Below, in pieces: positions 31,789 through 40,255 of a stretch of DNA of 64,000 nt. The translations under genes were made by a program, and so were the position numbers. Every line of letters begins with the position of its first letter. Position 1 is the stretch's first letter. Where the stretch lies: contig CAXXMR010000012.1 of the NCBI GenBank assembly GCA_963663805.2, forward strand, positions 288,001-352,000, written 5' to 3'. The notes beneath the pieces were generated by a model. The model was not told the origin of the DNA and made no database searches. It worked only from the letters and a program-made list of their open reading frames with translations. Source of the DNA: Sedimentisphaerales bacterium. Lineage in GTDB: Bacteria > Planctomycetota > Phycisphaerae > Sedimentisphaerales > SM23-30.

Positions 31789-32044
31789 TGACGGTTCCGG
31801 TATTTTTCTCTTGCGTCTGGCTCGTCTGATATGATATTGTGAAATTCGTCACGTCCCCTGGATGTGATTCTTGATATAGCTCTTAAAGCGATAAGCAGGT
31901 TTTGCAGAATTGACCCTGATGCTTGGTGAGTCTATTTGTAAGGAGAAAAAAATATTCTGCCGCGACTGCTCTGGCGGGTAGGCGGTCACGTGGTGCTTCT
32001 ATGGCACGTCCTGTAGCCCGCAACGGCAAGAAGGAGAGTCGTAC

Positions 32045-32263
32045 ATGGCAGTCGGTACAGTAAAATGGTTCAACGAGAAAAAAGGCTTTGGCTTCATTAC
32101 CGGAGACACCGGTGAAGCCGACATCTTCGTTCATTTCACCCAGATTCAGGGAAACGGCTATCGCAAGCTGGCCGAAGGTGACATGGTCGAATTCGAGGTA
32201 GTGCAGGGTGAGAAAGGCCCAAAGGCCGCTAAGGTCATTAAAAAATCTGCCGAAGAAAATTAA
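32045..32263 (+). CDS. Cold-shock protein (CSD)
   Basis: [15 protein letters not shown] (RNP1) and IFVHF (RNP2). Confidence 0.96.
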   Translation: MAVGTVKWFNEKKGFGFITGDTGEADIFVHFTQIQGNGYRKLAEGDMVEFEVVQGEKGPKAAKVIKKSAEEN

Positions 32264-32461
32264 TTAGTCTTTCGGGTTCTTTATATTTGTAATGCTGGCG
32301 AACAGCCAGGTGTGGTTAACGGTTGGTGGTTGTAACGTGGTGTGGTACAGGGGTAGGCTCTGTACAAATTTTGCACTCCATGTTCATTGAATATGGCAAG
32401 GGGGATTTTTTTACGCGCCGATATTGAACCGCGTGTACAATTAGGATTTAGAATCAGAACT

Positions 32462-33169
32462 TTGGATTTATCAATTATCATTCCCGCCTTTAACGAAGCC
32501 GACAAAATCGTTGCCGACATTCAGTCCGCCTCAGAATTTCTTGCCGTCGAGAATCTCACCGGCCAAATCATCGTCGTTGATGATGGCAGTATCGACAATA
32601 CCGCTCAGACCGCCCAAAAAAGTGAAACCCAGGCGGAACTAAAAGTAATATCCCTGCCCGACCATCATGGCAAAGGCCACGCCGTCAAACAAGGTATCCT
32701 CCAGACCACCGCCGACTATGTAATGTTCATCGATAGCGGTAATTGCGTTCCTTTAGAATGTGCTAACGCGGGCCTCGACCTGCTCCGCACCAACCAATGC
32801 TACCTCGCTCACGGCACTCGTTACGCGGCAACAAGCCAGATACAAAACCATCAACCCCTGACTCGCCGAATCCTGGGTTTTCTTTTTCGAAAATTTACTA
32901 CTATCCTTCTTAAACTCCCCCCGGAATTAACCGACACTCAATGCGGTTGCAAAATCTATAAAGGCCCAATCGCCCGCGAACTCTACAAAGAATCTTTCAC
33001 CGACGGTTTTATGTTCGACCTGGAAATAATCCTCCGAGCCCGCCGAAAAAACTATCGCATCAAAGAATTCCCCCTGACTTGGTCCTGCGACCTCGACAGC
33101 CGTCTCAAACCCGCCCGCAAACTCACCGAAATCATCAGCGAACTAATCAAAATCCGCCGCAAAATCTAA
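32462..33169 (+). CDS. GT2 glycosyltransferase, polyprenol-phosphate glycosyl synthase-like (start may be upstream at 32387)
   Basis: LSIIIPAFNE, VVDDGSID, GKGHAVK, DTQCGCK and FMFDLEI motifs. Confidence 0.88.
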   Translation: MDLSIIIPAFNEADKIVADIQSASEFLAVENLTGQIIVVDDGSIDNTAQTAQKSETQAELKVISLPDHHGKGHAVKQGILQTTADYVMFIDSGNCVPLECANAGLDLLRTNQCYLAHGTRYAATSQIQNHQPLTRRILGFLFRKFTTILLKLPPELTDTQCGCKIYKGPIARELYKESFTDGFMFDLEIILRARRKNYRIKEFPLTWSCDLDSRLKPARKLTEIISELIKIRRKI

Positions 33170-33930
33170 CTCCATTCACCAAACCAGCAAACCTCCTCTT
33201 CCCCGTCCAGCCCCGCCACCCCAACTGCCACATCAGGATGCCCCAGACAATATGCTTCAATTTCTGTCCGTGTCATGACCATAAACGCCGTCGATAACGC
33301 GTCCGCCCGCGCCCCGCAATCTGTCCGCACCCACGCCCCTCGCTGTCCCCGCACCGCCTCACCCGTGCGCGGGTCAATAATATGCTCACCCTGGACCAAC
33401 CCCGAACTGCTCAACGCCGCTTTGCACAAATCAATCTGACGCACCACACGATTCCCCGCCGCCGGAAAACTAAGATTCACAGGCCACCCTCTCTCACCTG
33501 TCGCCAGCACCGTACTTTGCCCACCGTGCAGCATAGCGTCCCCAATTTCCCAGTCCGCCAGCACCTCCACCATATAATCCAAGGCCGCCCCCTTGCCAAT
33601 CCCCCCCAAATCAAAAAAAGGTGTCCGGTACTTTTTTTCATAGTTAATATCAAACGCCCCGCCCGTCTCTCGCCGTACTGCCTCGGCAACCTCCAAACAT
33701 TCCTGAGTCTCGATGCTGACTGGCACCATTTCGCCCTTTGCCGCGTTCAATTGCGCTATATCGCTGTTGCAGATAAACCTGCTCCAGTCCTGCTCCAGCC
33801 GCTCCAAAATCCCAAACGCCGCATCCGCCGCCTGGTGAGCGTATCGTCTGTCCTCATGACATATCAAAATCTCAAATATCGTCGCCATCCCCTTCGCCGA
33901 AAACCGATACAGCCCAGCTTCATCTCTCAT
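33166..33930 (-). CDS. apbE: FAD:protein FMN transferase (ApbE family), short
   Basis: GMATIF, SDIAQLN, GAFDI, DLGGIGKG, HIIDPRTG and ADALSTAF motifs; no signal peptide. Confidence 0.85.
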   Translation of the reverse strand: MRDEAGLYRFSAKGMATIFEILICHEDRRYAHQAADAAFGILERLEQDWSRFICNSDIAQLNAAKGEMVPVSIETQECLEVAEAVRRETGGAFDINYEKKYRTPFFDLGGIGKGAALDYMVEVLADWEIGDAMLHGGQSTVLATGERGWPVNLSFPAAGNRVVRQIDLCKAALSSSGLVQGEHIIDPRTGEAVRGQRGAWVRTDCGARADALSTAFMVMTRTEIEAYCLGHPDVAVGVAGLDGEEEVCWFGEWS

Positions 33931-35456
33931 TGCCCCGCCTCCATTCTGTCCCTAATATCCTTTCGCACCAACCCAATCATCTCCAGCCCAGGCCGCAAAT
34001 AGACCTCACTTTCAAAAAGCGGGACATAAAGCGACTTCTCGCCCGCTGGCAAATCATACAATCGCCCTATCACTTCATTTTTACTTTTCGCAAAGGTAAT
34101 CACTGCGACACCGCCCGCTGGCACATTCTCAATATCATCGGTATATCCAACATTCCCCAAATCCCGCAAATACCACGGTATAGGCCAGTAATCATGCCCC
34201 GCACAATAAAACCAAACCGTCTCGCCGTCCGCAGCCTCGGCTGCTGCCCGCACCCGCTCCGCCATCAAAAAGACATCACGCGTTGGATGAGCATAAACCC
34301 ACGGATTACTCACCTCGCTATGAGAAATATAATTAACATCGTAAGCCTGATACCCCAACCATATAACCCCTGCCCCAATTAAAACCATCAGCGTCCGACG
34401 ATAGCCCGCCCGTGCCGAACTCACCAAAGCATCCAGCCCAATCCCCGCCAATATCGCCCAGGCCGGAATAACCGTAATAAAACTCCACGGTGTTTTATAA
34501 GGAAGCACACTATAAAAAATTATCAGCAAACTCGAAAACACTGCCAGAAACCGGAACAACTTTGCATCCGTCCCGCGCGGCCGACCACCCAGCAACGCCC
34601 AAAAAACTCCCGCCAACCCCGGCCCTGCTATCACTAACTCACTATGCACCACCCCGCCTTTTGCCTGAAACCACAAATAATACCACAGATAATAATACCA
34701 CGGATGGCCATGCACCGAGCTTTCACCCGCCCGTCCAAAATACGTCGTAAACGTCAGCACCGAATCTATAATCCCACCCGGATTAGCGCCAAACGACGAA
34801 AAAAACAATCCCGCCGTTAATACAAAAACCACCCCGGCACCGAATAAATGTCCCCCCTTAACCCTGCGAAACCCCCGTCGACCTTTAACCGCAAATAACG
34901 CCAGCCCCGCACAAAAAAAAGAAATTACCGAAGTCTCCTTCGTCGCAAACGCCAACCCCGCCGCACAACCCGCCAGCAAAAGATAAACACCCTCAAACCG
35001 CCTGCCATACTGCCAAACAAAACCTATCGCCAGATACGTAAAACAAACCAGCAGCGTTTCCTGGATATAATACCGACTGTAATAACTCAACGCCGGCGAC
35101 AACGCCATCAGCAAAACCCCCAGCACCGCCGCCCGCCCCGTCAAACCATCCCGCAGCAGCCAAACGCCCGCCAGCAGCATCAGCCCAAACACTGCCGGTG
35201 TCACCCGTAAGCTCGCGTCATCGACCTCACCCGAACCACCGCCCCAAACCAGTGTAAAATAATTCAGCGTAGGACCATGATATTCATAAGGGTCATAACG
35301 ATAATCATTATGTTCCCGCAGCTCCAGAAACTTCAGCGCGTGAATCGCCTCGTCACCGTGCAGGGGACGTTCGCCCAGCCTCGCCAGCCGCAACGCACCC
35401 GCCGCACAGAATATCAACAACACCCCCAGCTCAATTCTACTCGACGGCCTTGCCAA
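33927..35456 (-). CDS. GT-C membrane glycosyltransferase (Agl23/TIGR03663-like)
   Basis: RPLHGDEA, YDPYEYHGP, YYSRYYIQE, ATKET, HPWYYY, YKTPW and YWPIPWYLR motifs; many TM helices. Confidence 0.8.
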   Translation of the reverse strand: MARPSSRIELGVLLIFCAAGALRLARLGERPLHGDEAIHALKFLELREHNDYRYDPYEYHGPTLNYFTLVWGGGSGEVDDASLRVTPAVFGLMLLAGVWLLRDGLTGRAAVLGVLLMALSPALSYYSRYYIQETLLVCFTYLAIGFVWQYGRRFEGVYLLLAGCAAGLAFATKETSVISFFCAGLALFAVKGRRGFRRVKGGHLFGAGVVFVLTAGLFFSSFGANPGGIIDSVLTFTTYFGRAGESSVHGHPWYYYLWYYLWFQAKGGVVHSELVIAGPGLAGVFWALLGGRPRGTDAKLFRFLAVFSSLLIIFYSVLPYKTPWSFITVIPAWAILAGIGLDALVSSARAGYRRTLMVLIGAGVIWLGYQAYDVNYISHSEVSNPWVYAHPTRDVFLMAERVRAAAEAADGETVWFYCAGHDYWPIPWYLRDLGNVGYTDDIENVPAGGVAVITFAKSKNEVIGRLYDLPAGEKSLYVPLFESEVYLRPGLEMIGLVRKDIRDRMEAGQ

Positions 35457-36291
35457 AAATCTCCACTTCCACGTAATGGTTCAGTTCGTTCTGTGTGTTG
35501 CCATTGCTGTAAAGCCGCACATAACGCGACTTGACGCCCTTGCCGTCAATCAGCCGACCCTCAGCCGTCTCCACATAATGCATATCCGTCCCCACACCCT
35601 GACCCGCCGAGTTGTCGATATCGTTATTGTACAGCGTCTGCACATTCTGCGTAAATTCCAAATCGTCAGCCGTCTGCACAATCACATCAAAATAAACCCG
35701 GGCCGTCATATGAAAATGCCAAACCAGCACTGCGTAAATCTCATAGGGCTGCCCCAGATCAAACGTAATATGTTGAATCATCGGACCCAGCTCAACATAA
35801 CAACCCTCATCGCCCGACTTATCCCCGTCATTAATCAAATCAAGCTCACCGATAATCGGCATGTCGTCCGTGCTGTAAACCTTCTTGCCCCGCGAAACAA
35901 CCGCTGTCCCCGCCGGTGCATAAAACGCAGGCCGGGCTGTCTTGCTCGGCGACTCCAGATTCTCCACCCGAAAATCCTGCGGTGTCCCCACAAACATCGC
36001 TTTCGGCAGTTCAATCTTCAACTCCACCAGCCCATTCTCAGCAGCCGTTTCTTTGACTTCCTCGACCACCGCCGCTTCAATCTCTTCCGCCGCCGACTCA
36101 GCTTCTTCCGCTGTCACCTTCGCCGCCTCAACCGCCTGACTTTCAACCTCAGCACCATCCTCCCCGGCTTCAACATCCTTCACAACTTCAGTCTCACCCG
36201 CCTGCCCCTGCTCCTCATCATTCTTAGCACAAGAGGACAAACCAACCATCACCATAACCGCCAATACAACCGCAAAAATCTTAATCATCAT
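35437..36291 (-). CDS. Lipoprotein with acidic Ala/Glu linker and C-terminal discoidin/F5-8-like domain
   Basis: Lipobox LSSC; INDGDK, ITFDLG, RYVRLYSNG and VEVEIFG motifs. Confidence 0.75.
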   Translation of the reverse strand: MMIKIFAVVLAVMVMVGLSSCAKNDEEQGQAGETEVVKDVEAGEDGAEVESQAVEAAKVTAEEAESAAEEIEAAVVEEVKETAAENGLVELKIELPKAMFVGTPQDFRVENLESPSKTARPAFYAPAGTAVVSRGKKVYSTDDMPIIGELDLINDGDKSGDEGCYVELGPMIQHITFDLGQPYEIYAVLVWHFHMTARVYFDVIVQTADDLEFTQNVQTLYNNDIDNSAGQGVGTDMHYVETAEGRLIDGKGVKSRYVRLYSNGNTQNELNHYVEVEIFGKAVE

Positions 36292-36319
36292 AGCATCTCC
36301 TGTTAAATATATAATCAAC

Positions 36320-36428
36320 CTGTCAGAACCGCGCACGTCAGTAAGCGGTGCCGTTTGCCGTTAAATAAAAACTCTCGACCAAAGGCCGAAACCTCGTCGG
36401 TCACTTCTGCCTCATGTCTCATGCCTCT
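36320..36428. repeat. REP-like dispersed repeat, copy 1 (inverted copy at 55100-55221)
   Basis: CTGTCAGAACCGCGCACGTCAGTAAGCGGTGCCGTT matches the reverse complement of 55186-55221 at 35/36; similarity continues through CCAAAGGCCGAAACCTCG. Confidence 0.85.
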
Positions 36429-38661
36429 TGCCCGCCGTTATACGAACCAACCGTCCGCACATCCCCAAAAACGAAACACAAACAACTATACCAGAAATCA
36501 CATGAATCATTAACAACCAGTCCTGTGCCTCCGATGCCAGCACCGGCACCATACTAAACAGCACCGAACCAATCAGCGGCAGCAGCATTGCCAGCGTTAC
36601 CCAGAAACACAATTTGCCAATCACCCCCGCCCGCTCACTCAACCGCTGCTTGTCAGCCTTCAGCAAAGCCAGCAAAAACACACATACCACAAACACCGGC
36701 CCCGCGCTAACATGCACCGCCAGCGTATACCCACTCGCCGAAACACCTTTCAGCAAAGGCCACAAACCCGTAACCGCCGCCGCCCCAAAACTAACCACCG
36801 CACCCAGCATAATCAAACCGCCCAGCACTTTAACAATCGCACCATAATCATCAACCCGCCCCAACACAAACAGCAGCATCCGCATCACATACGTCAGCAG
36901 CAAAACCCCCGCACCCGCCGCCACCACTGCCAGCACCACCTTCAGCATAGGCCGAAACACGAACGAAAACCCAAAAAACCGCATGTACCCCTCATCCAGC
37001 TCCAGCAAATCAACCATTCGTAACGCCGGCTTCATCGGCATATCAGGCCCATCACCCGGAACCGCCGCGAAGAAAAACGACGAATCCTTATCGTGACAAT
37101 CCCGACAACTCTCTGCCCCCAAAGCCTGACCCGCCGGTCGAACATTATGAGCCACAGGCCACATGCAAAGCTTAGCCTCATTATAAAAATACCCCGCCCA
37201 GCCAGCGCCATTCAATTGATAAACCATCCCGCCCGAAACCAACACCGCCTCACCATCAATACCTGCCCCACCCAACGCCTCCAAACACTCCTTAACCTTC
37301 CTCTCGTCAAGCCCGGCCAAACCACTCAATATCGAACCAGCATTACCAATTATCCCTCCCACCTTCTTTTTGACCACCGCCAAATCCAGCGGCTCAACCT
37401 TGTTATCCTTTAACCGTCCCCAAAAAGTCGGATAAACCCCGCGCATCGGCGTAATCTTGCCGTCATAACCACGCCCGAAAAGCCCGCCGTAAATATGCGG
37501 CAGCATTTCCTTCGTCCGCGCCGGCCCATGATTCCCCAGCCCATGCCCCCGCGATGTCTGCACCACAAAAACTTCACCCCTCGGCATCGGCCCCGAATGA
37601 CAAGCCGTACAACTCAGCTTCTCAAAATGCAAAGGCGGAAAACCCTTATGCAAAGGACGCGGCGCACCAAACTCACCCGTCTCCAGATGACAGCCCCGGC
37701 AGGTATAACTACCATCAGCGTTGTCATTACCTTCCTCACCCTCATAGCCCCGCACAATCGCATGCCCCAGACCATTATGATGACAATCAACGCAGCTTAG
37801 CCCCGCCGCCACATGCACATCCTCGCCCATCTGCCACTCATCCCCCTCGTCCGCCTCACGATACGAATGACAAAAATAGCAACGCCCGTTATCAATCTCC
37901 CGCCCCACGTCCATGAACACCTTGCCGTCCGTCCCGAAATATTCCTTATGATATGCCACACCCGGCGGAATCAGCTTCGTATCGTCCGGCGGAGGATCAA
38001 TCAAATAATCATACATCTCATCCATATCCGACGCGTTCCCCGTAACTTTCGCCAGACAACTCGCCCCCGCCGGAGCCCACCGCAAATTCTCCTTGCCCAA
38101 CTGAAAACCATACTCCGCCGCGTCATAAGCAGGATTACTGTCATGGCAACCCAGACAGTTTATCTCCATCCCGCCCGAAACCAGCCAGCGCGCGTCAAAA
38201 TCCGGCTCATCCTCGTCAGCGTCCGAAAGATTACCCGGCATCTGCCTGCCAAACTCCTTCATAAAACCCCAAGGCCGCAACCCCGCCTGCTCCGGACGAT
38301 AAACACCGGCCCACTTGCGATACGAAACCGGCAACTGTGTCCCGGTTTCCGCGTCAACAAATAGCCACGGCTCACCCCGCCGTCCCGCTTCAGCCGCACC
38401 ATCATTAAAATTAAAATGCCACCCACCCGACACCTTGCCAACATCGTGACATGCCCCGCAAGTGTTCCGCAGCGAAAACGGCAGCGACGGCTCGTCCGCC
38501 GGATCAACCTTACTGCCTTCCTCGTCCAGCAAATCTATCCTGTGCACCGACGGCGTATGCGTACTAGTTTCCCTGTCCCCGATAAAATCCTCGCCGCTCG
38601 CCGCTCCCGCCGCCAGACAAATCGCCCACAAAGCAACCGAGAATTTATACATCAAATTCAT
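36412..38661 (-). CDS. Multiheme c-type cytochrome (7 CxxCH) with C-terminal multi-TM anchor
   Basis: Signal peptide; CGACH, CLGCH, CYFCH, CVDCH, CRGCH, CTACH, CRDCH; about 5 C-terminal TM helices. Confidence 0.9.
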   Translation of the reverse strand: MNLMYKFSVALWAICLAAGAASGEDFIGDRETSTHTPSVHRIDLLDEEGSKVDPADEPSLPFSLRNTCGACHDVGKVSGGWHFNFNDGAAEAGRRGEPWLFVDAETGTQLPVSYRKWAGVYRPEQAGLRPWGFMKEFGRQMPGNLSDADEDEPDFDARWLVSGGMEINCLGCHDSNPAYDAAEYGFQLGKENLRWAPAGASCLAKVTGNASDMDEMYDYLIDPPPDDTKLIPPGVAYHKEYFGTDGKVFMDVGREIDNGRCYFCHSYREADEGDEWQMGEDVHVAAGLSCVDCHHNGLGHAIVRGYEGEEGNDNADGSYTCRGCHLETGEFGAPRPLHKGFPPLHFEKLSCTACHSGPMPRGEVFVVQTSRGHGLGNHGPARTKEMLPHIYGGLFGRGYDGKITPMRGVYPTFWGRLKDNKVEPLDLAVVKKKVGGIIGNAGSILSGLAGLDERKVKECLEALGGAGIDGEAVLVSGGMVYQLNGAGWAGYFYNEAKLCMWPVAHNVRPAGQALGAESCRDCHDKDSSFFFAAVPGDGPDMPMKPALRMVDLLELDEGYMRFFGFSFVFRPMLKVVLAVVAAGAGVLLLTYVMRMLLFVLGRVDDYGAIVKVLGGLIMLGAVVSFGAAAVTGLWPLLKGVSASGYTLAVHVSAGPVFVVCVFLLALLKADKQRLSERAGVIGKLCFWVTLAMLLPLIGSVLFSMVPVLASEAQDWLLMIHVISGIVVCVSFLGMCGRLVRITAGKRHET

Positions 38662-39988
38662 CCTTTTCGAATTTCAGCCGACAGGCCGCCTCAACCGCCT
38701 GATTAACCTTCAATACCGTCACCGCCGTCTCATATCCAATTTCACCATCGCAGTTTAGTGTCGCCTTACCCCGCACCGCGTCAAAGAAATTCTCCAGATG
38801 AGGCTGATGATATTTCTTCTCCATCACCACCGGAATCTCATAAGCAGGCGGTGCCAGAGTCTCACGCACATCAAGCAAAGCCGCCTCATCCGTCTCCGCC
38901 GGCTGGCTTTCTGTCGGTGCCTTCAAAACGCCTGCCTCCACCAGCTTCGCCCACGACTCCGCCGCTGGCTCCGGATAAACCGAACCACGACTAGCCGACT
39001 CCGAAATACTGAGTGTCCCTTTATCGCCCAGAAAATTCTCAAAATACCCATTGCAGCTGTTAGTCGTCAGTGTCTGGTAAGTCGCCCGCACCGGCCCCGC
39101 CGCCGTCTCATATTCATAAATCGCCATCACCGTATCATACCACTGATGCGTCGCCCGGTCATAATAATCCGTACCCCCGCTGGCCATAACTGTCTTAGGC
39201 CGCCCTTGCAGGAACCAGTTATAAATGTCAATCTGATGCGAGCCTAGATCAACCATCGGGCCGCCCCCCAGCCCTTTATACCAACGCCAGTTCCGAAACT
39301 GTTCCATCGAATCAAAACCATACTTGCTCAGCGTTGGCCCATCAATCGTGTACTTCTCAGGCCAACCCAAATCAGGCCCCGCCGCCCGATTCCACTGACC
39401 GTTTACCGTAGTTATCCTGCCCAGCAGAGAATTTTCTTTAATCAGCTTCTCATAGCAGTAAAGATACCGCGGATTACTCCGCCGCTGATGACCTATCTGC
39501 AATAGCTTCCCGGTCGACCGAGCCGTACGCACCATCTCCGCCGCGTCTTCCAAATTATTCGACATCTCTTTTTCGCAATAAACATTAAGCCCCGCCTTCA
39601 GGCACGCAATCGAATGACGAGCATGCCAGAAATCCGGCGTAGCGATAATCACCGCGTCCAAATCCTTTTCTGCCGCCAGCATCTCTTCAAAATCAACGTA
39701 ACTGTTCACCTCATGCTTGTATTTCTGCAAAAGTCGCGACACCCGCTTGAGACTGTAAGATTCCCAAATATCGCATACCGCCTTGAACCGTATATTCGGT
39801 ATCCGCAGACAAGAGTTAAGCAAAACCTGCCCCTGAGCTCCCGCCCCCAAAAGCGCCACGTTTATATCGTCGCCCTTAATTGTACCTTCCGCCCCCCAAA
39901 CCCGCGACCCCGTCGCCCAAGCCGCCCCCAGCATCCCCGCCGATTGAAGAAATACCCGACGATCCATCCCATTTTGCTCAGATTTCAT
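38645..39988 (-). CDS. Tat-exported Gfo/Idh/MocA-family oxidoreductase
   Basis: DRRVFL Tat motif, LLGAGAQG, IATPDFWH, YCEKEM, GHQRRS and DLGSHQID motifs. Confidence 0.92.
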   Translation of the reverse strand: MKSEQNGMDRRVFLQSAGMLGAAWATGSRVWGAEGTIKGDDINVALLGAGAQGQVLLNSCLRIPNIRFKAVCDIWESYSLKRVSRLLQKYKHEVNSYVDFEEMLAAEKDLDAVIIATPDFWHARHSIACLKAGLNVYCEKEMSNNLEDAAEMVRTARSTGKLLQIGHQRRSNPRYLYCYEKLIKENSLLGRITTVNGQWNRAAGPDLGWPEKYTIDGPTLSKYGFDSMEQFRNWRWYKGLGGGPMVDLGSHQIDIYNWFLQGRPKTVMASGGTDYYDRATHQWYDTVMAIYEYETAAGPVRATYQTLTTNSCNGYFENFLGDKGTLSISESASRGSVYPEPAAESWAKLVEAGVLKAPTESQPAETDEAALLDVRETLAPPAYEIPVVMEKKYHQPHLENFFDAVRGKATLNCDGEIGYETAVTVLKVNQAVEAACRLKFEKDEFDV

Positions 39989-40082
39989 AATATTATTCCC
40001 GTTCGATAAAAGACCATACCTGCCGGAGACCAAAAATTAACGCATTACCAGCCAATTCCACGCCGCAAAACCTGAAATCGCC

Positions 40083-40110
40083 ATTATACCCCCTCCATCC
40101 CCCCTGTAAA
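40083..40110 (-). promoter_or_regulatory. Candidate sigma70 promoter of the oxidoreductase/cytochrome operon
   Basis: Minus strand TTTACA-N16-TATAAT. Confidence 0.55.
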
Positions 40111-40151
40111 CCCCCAAACCAACCACCTCCCAACCCCAACAGGGCAAAGGA

Positions 40152-40229
40152 AAGAAACTATGAAAGCCAGATGCTCCGGGACGATTATAACATAATTCGT
40201 CCCGGAGCATCTGGCTTTCATAGTTTCTT
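40152..40229. repeat. Perfect 33-bp inverted repeat with 12-nt loop (may also terminate alaS)
   Basis: AAGAAACTATGAAAGCCAGATGCTCCGGGACGA / TTATAACATAAT / exact reverse complement. Confidence 0.95.
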
Positions 40230-40255
40230 AATTCGCTCTAATTGGCTGAGTTGAG

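Noticed and set aside
40185..40196. Palindrome loop reads TTATGTTATAA on the minus strand, like a XerD arm of dif
   Set aside because: No XerC-like arm at the 6-bp spacing.
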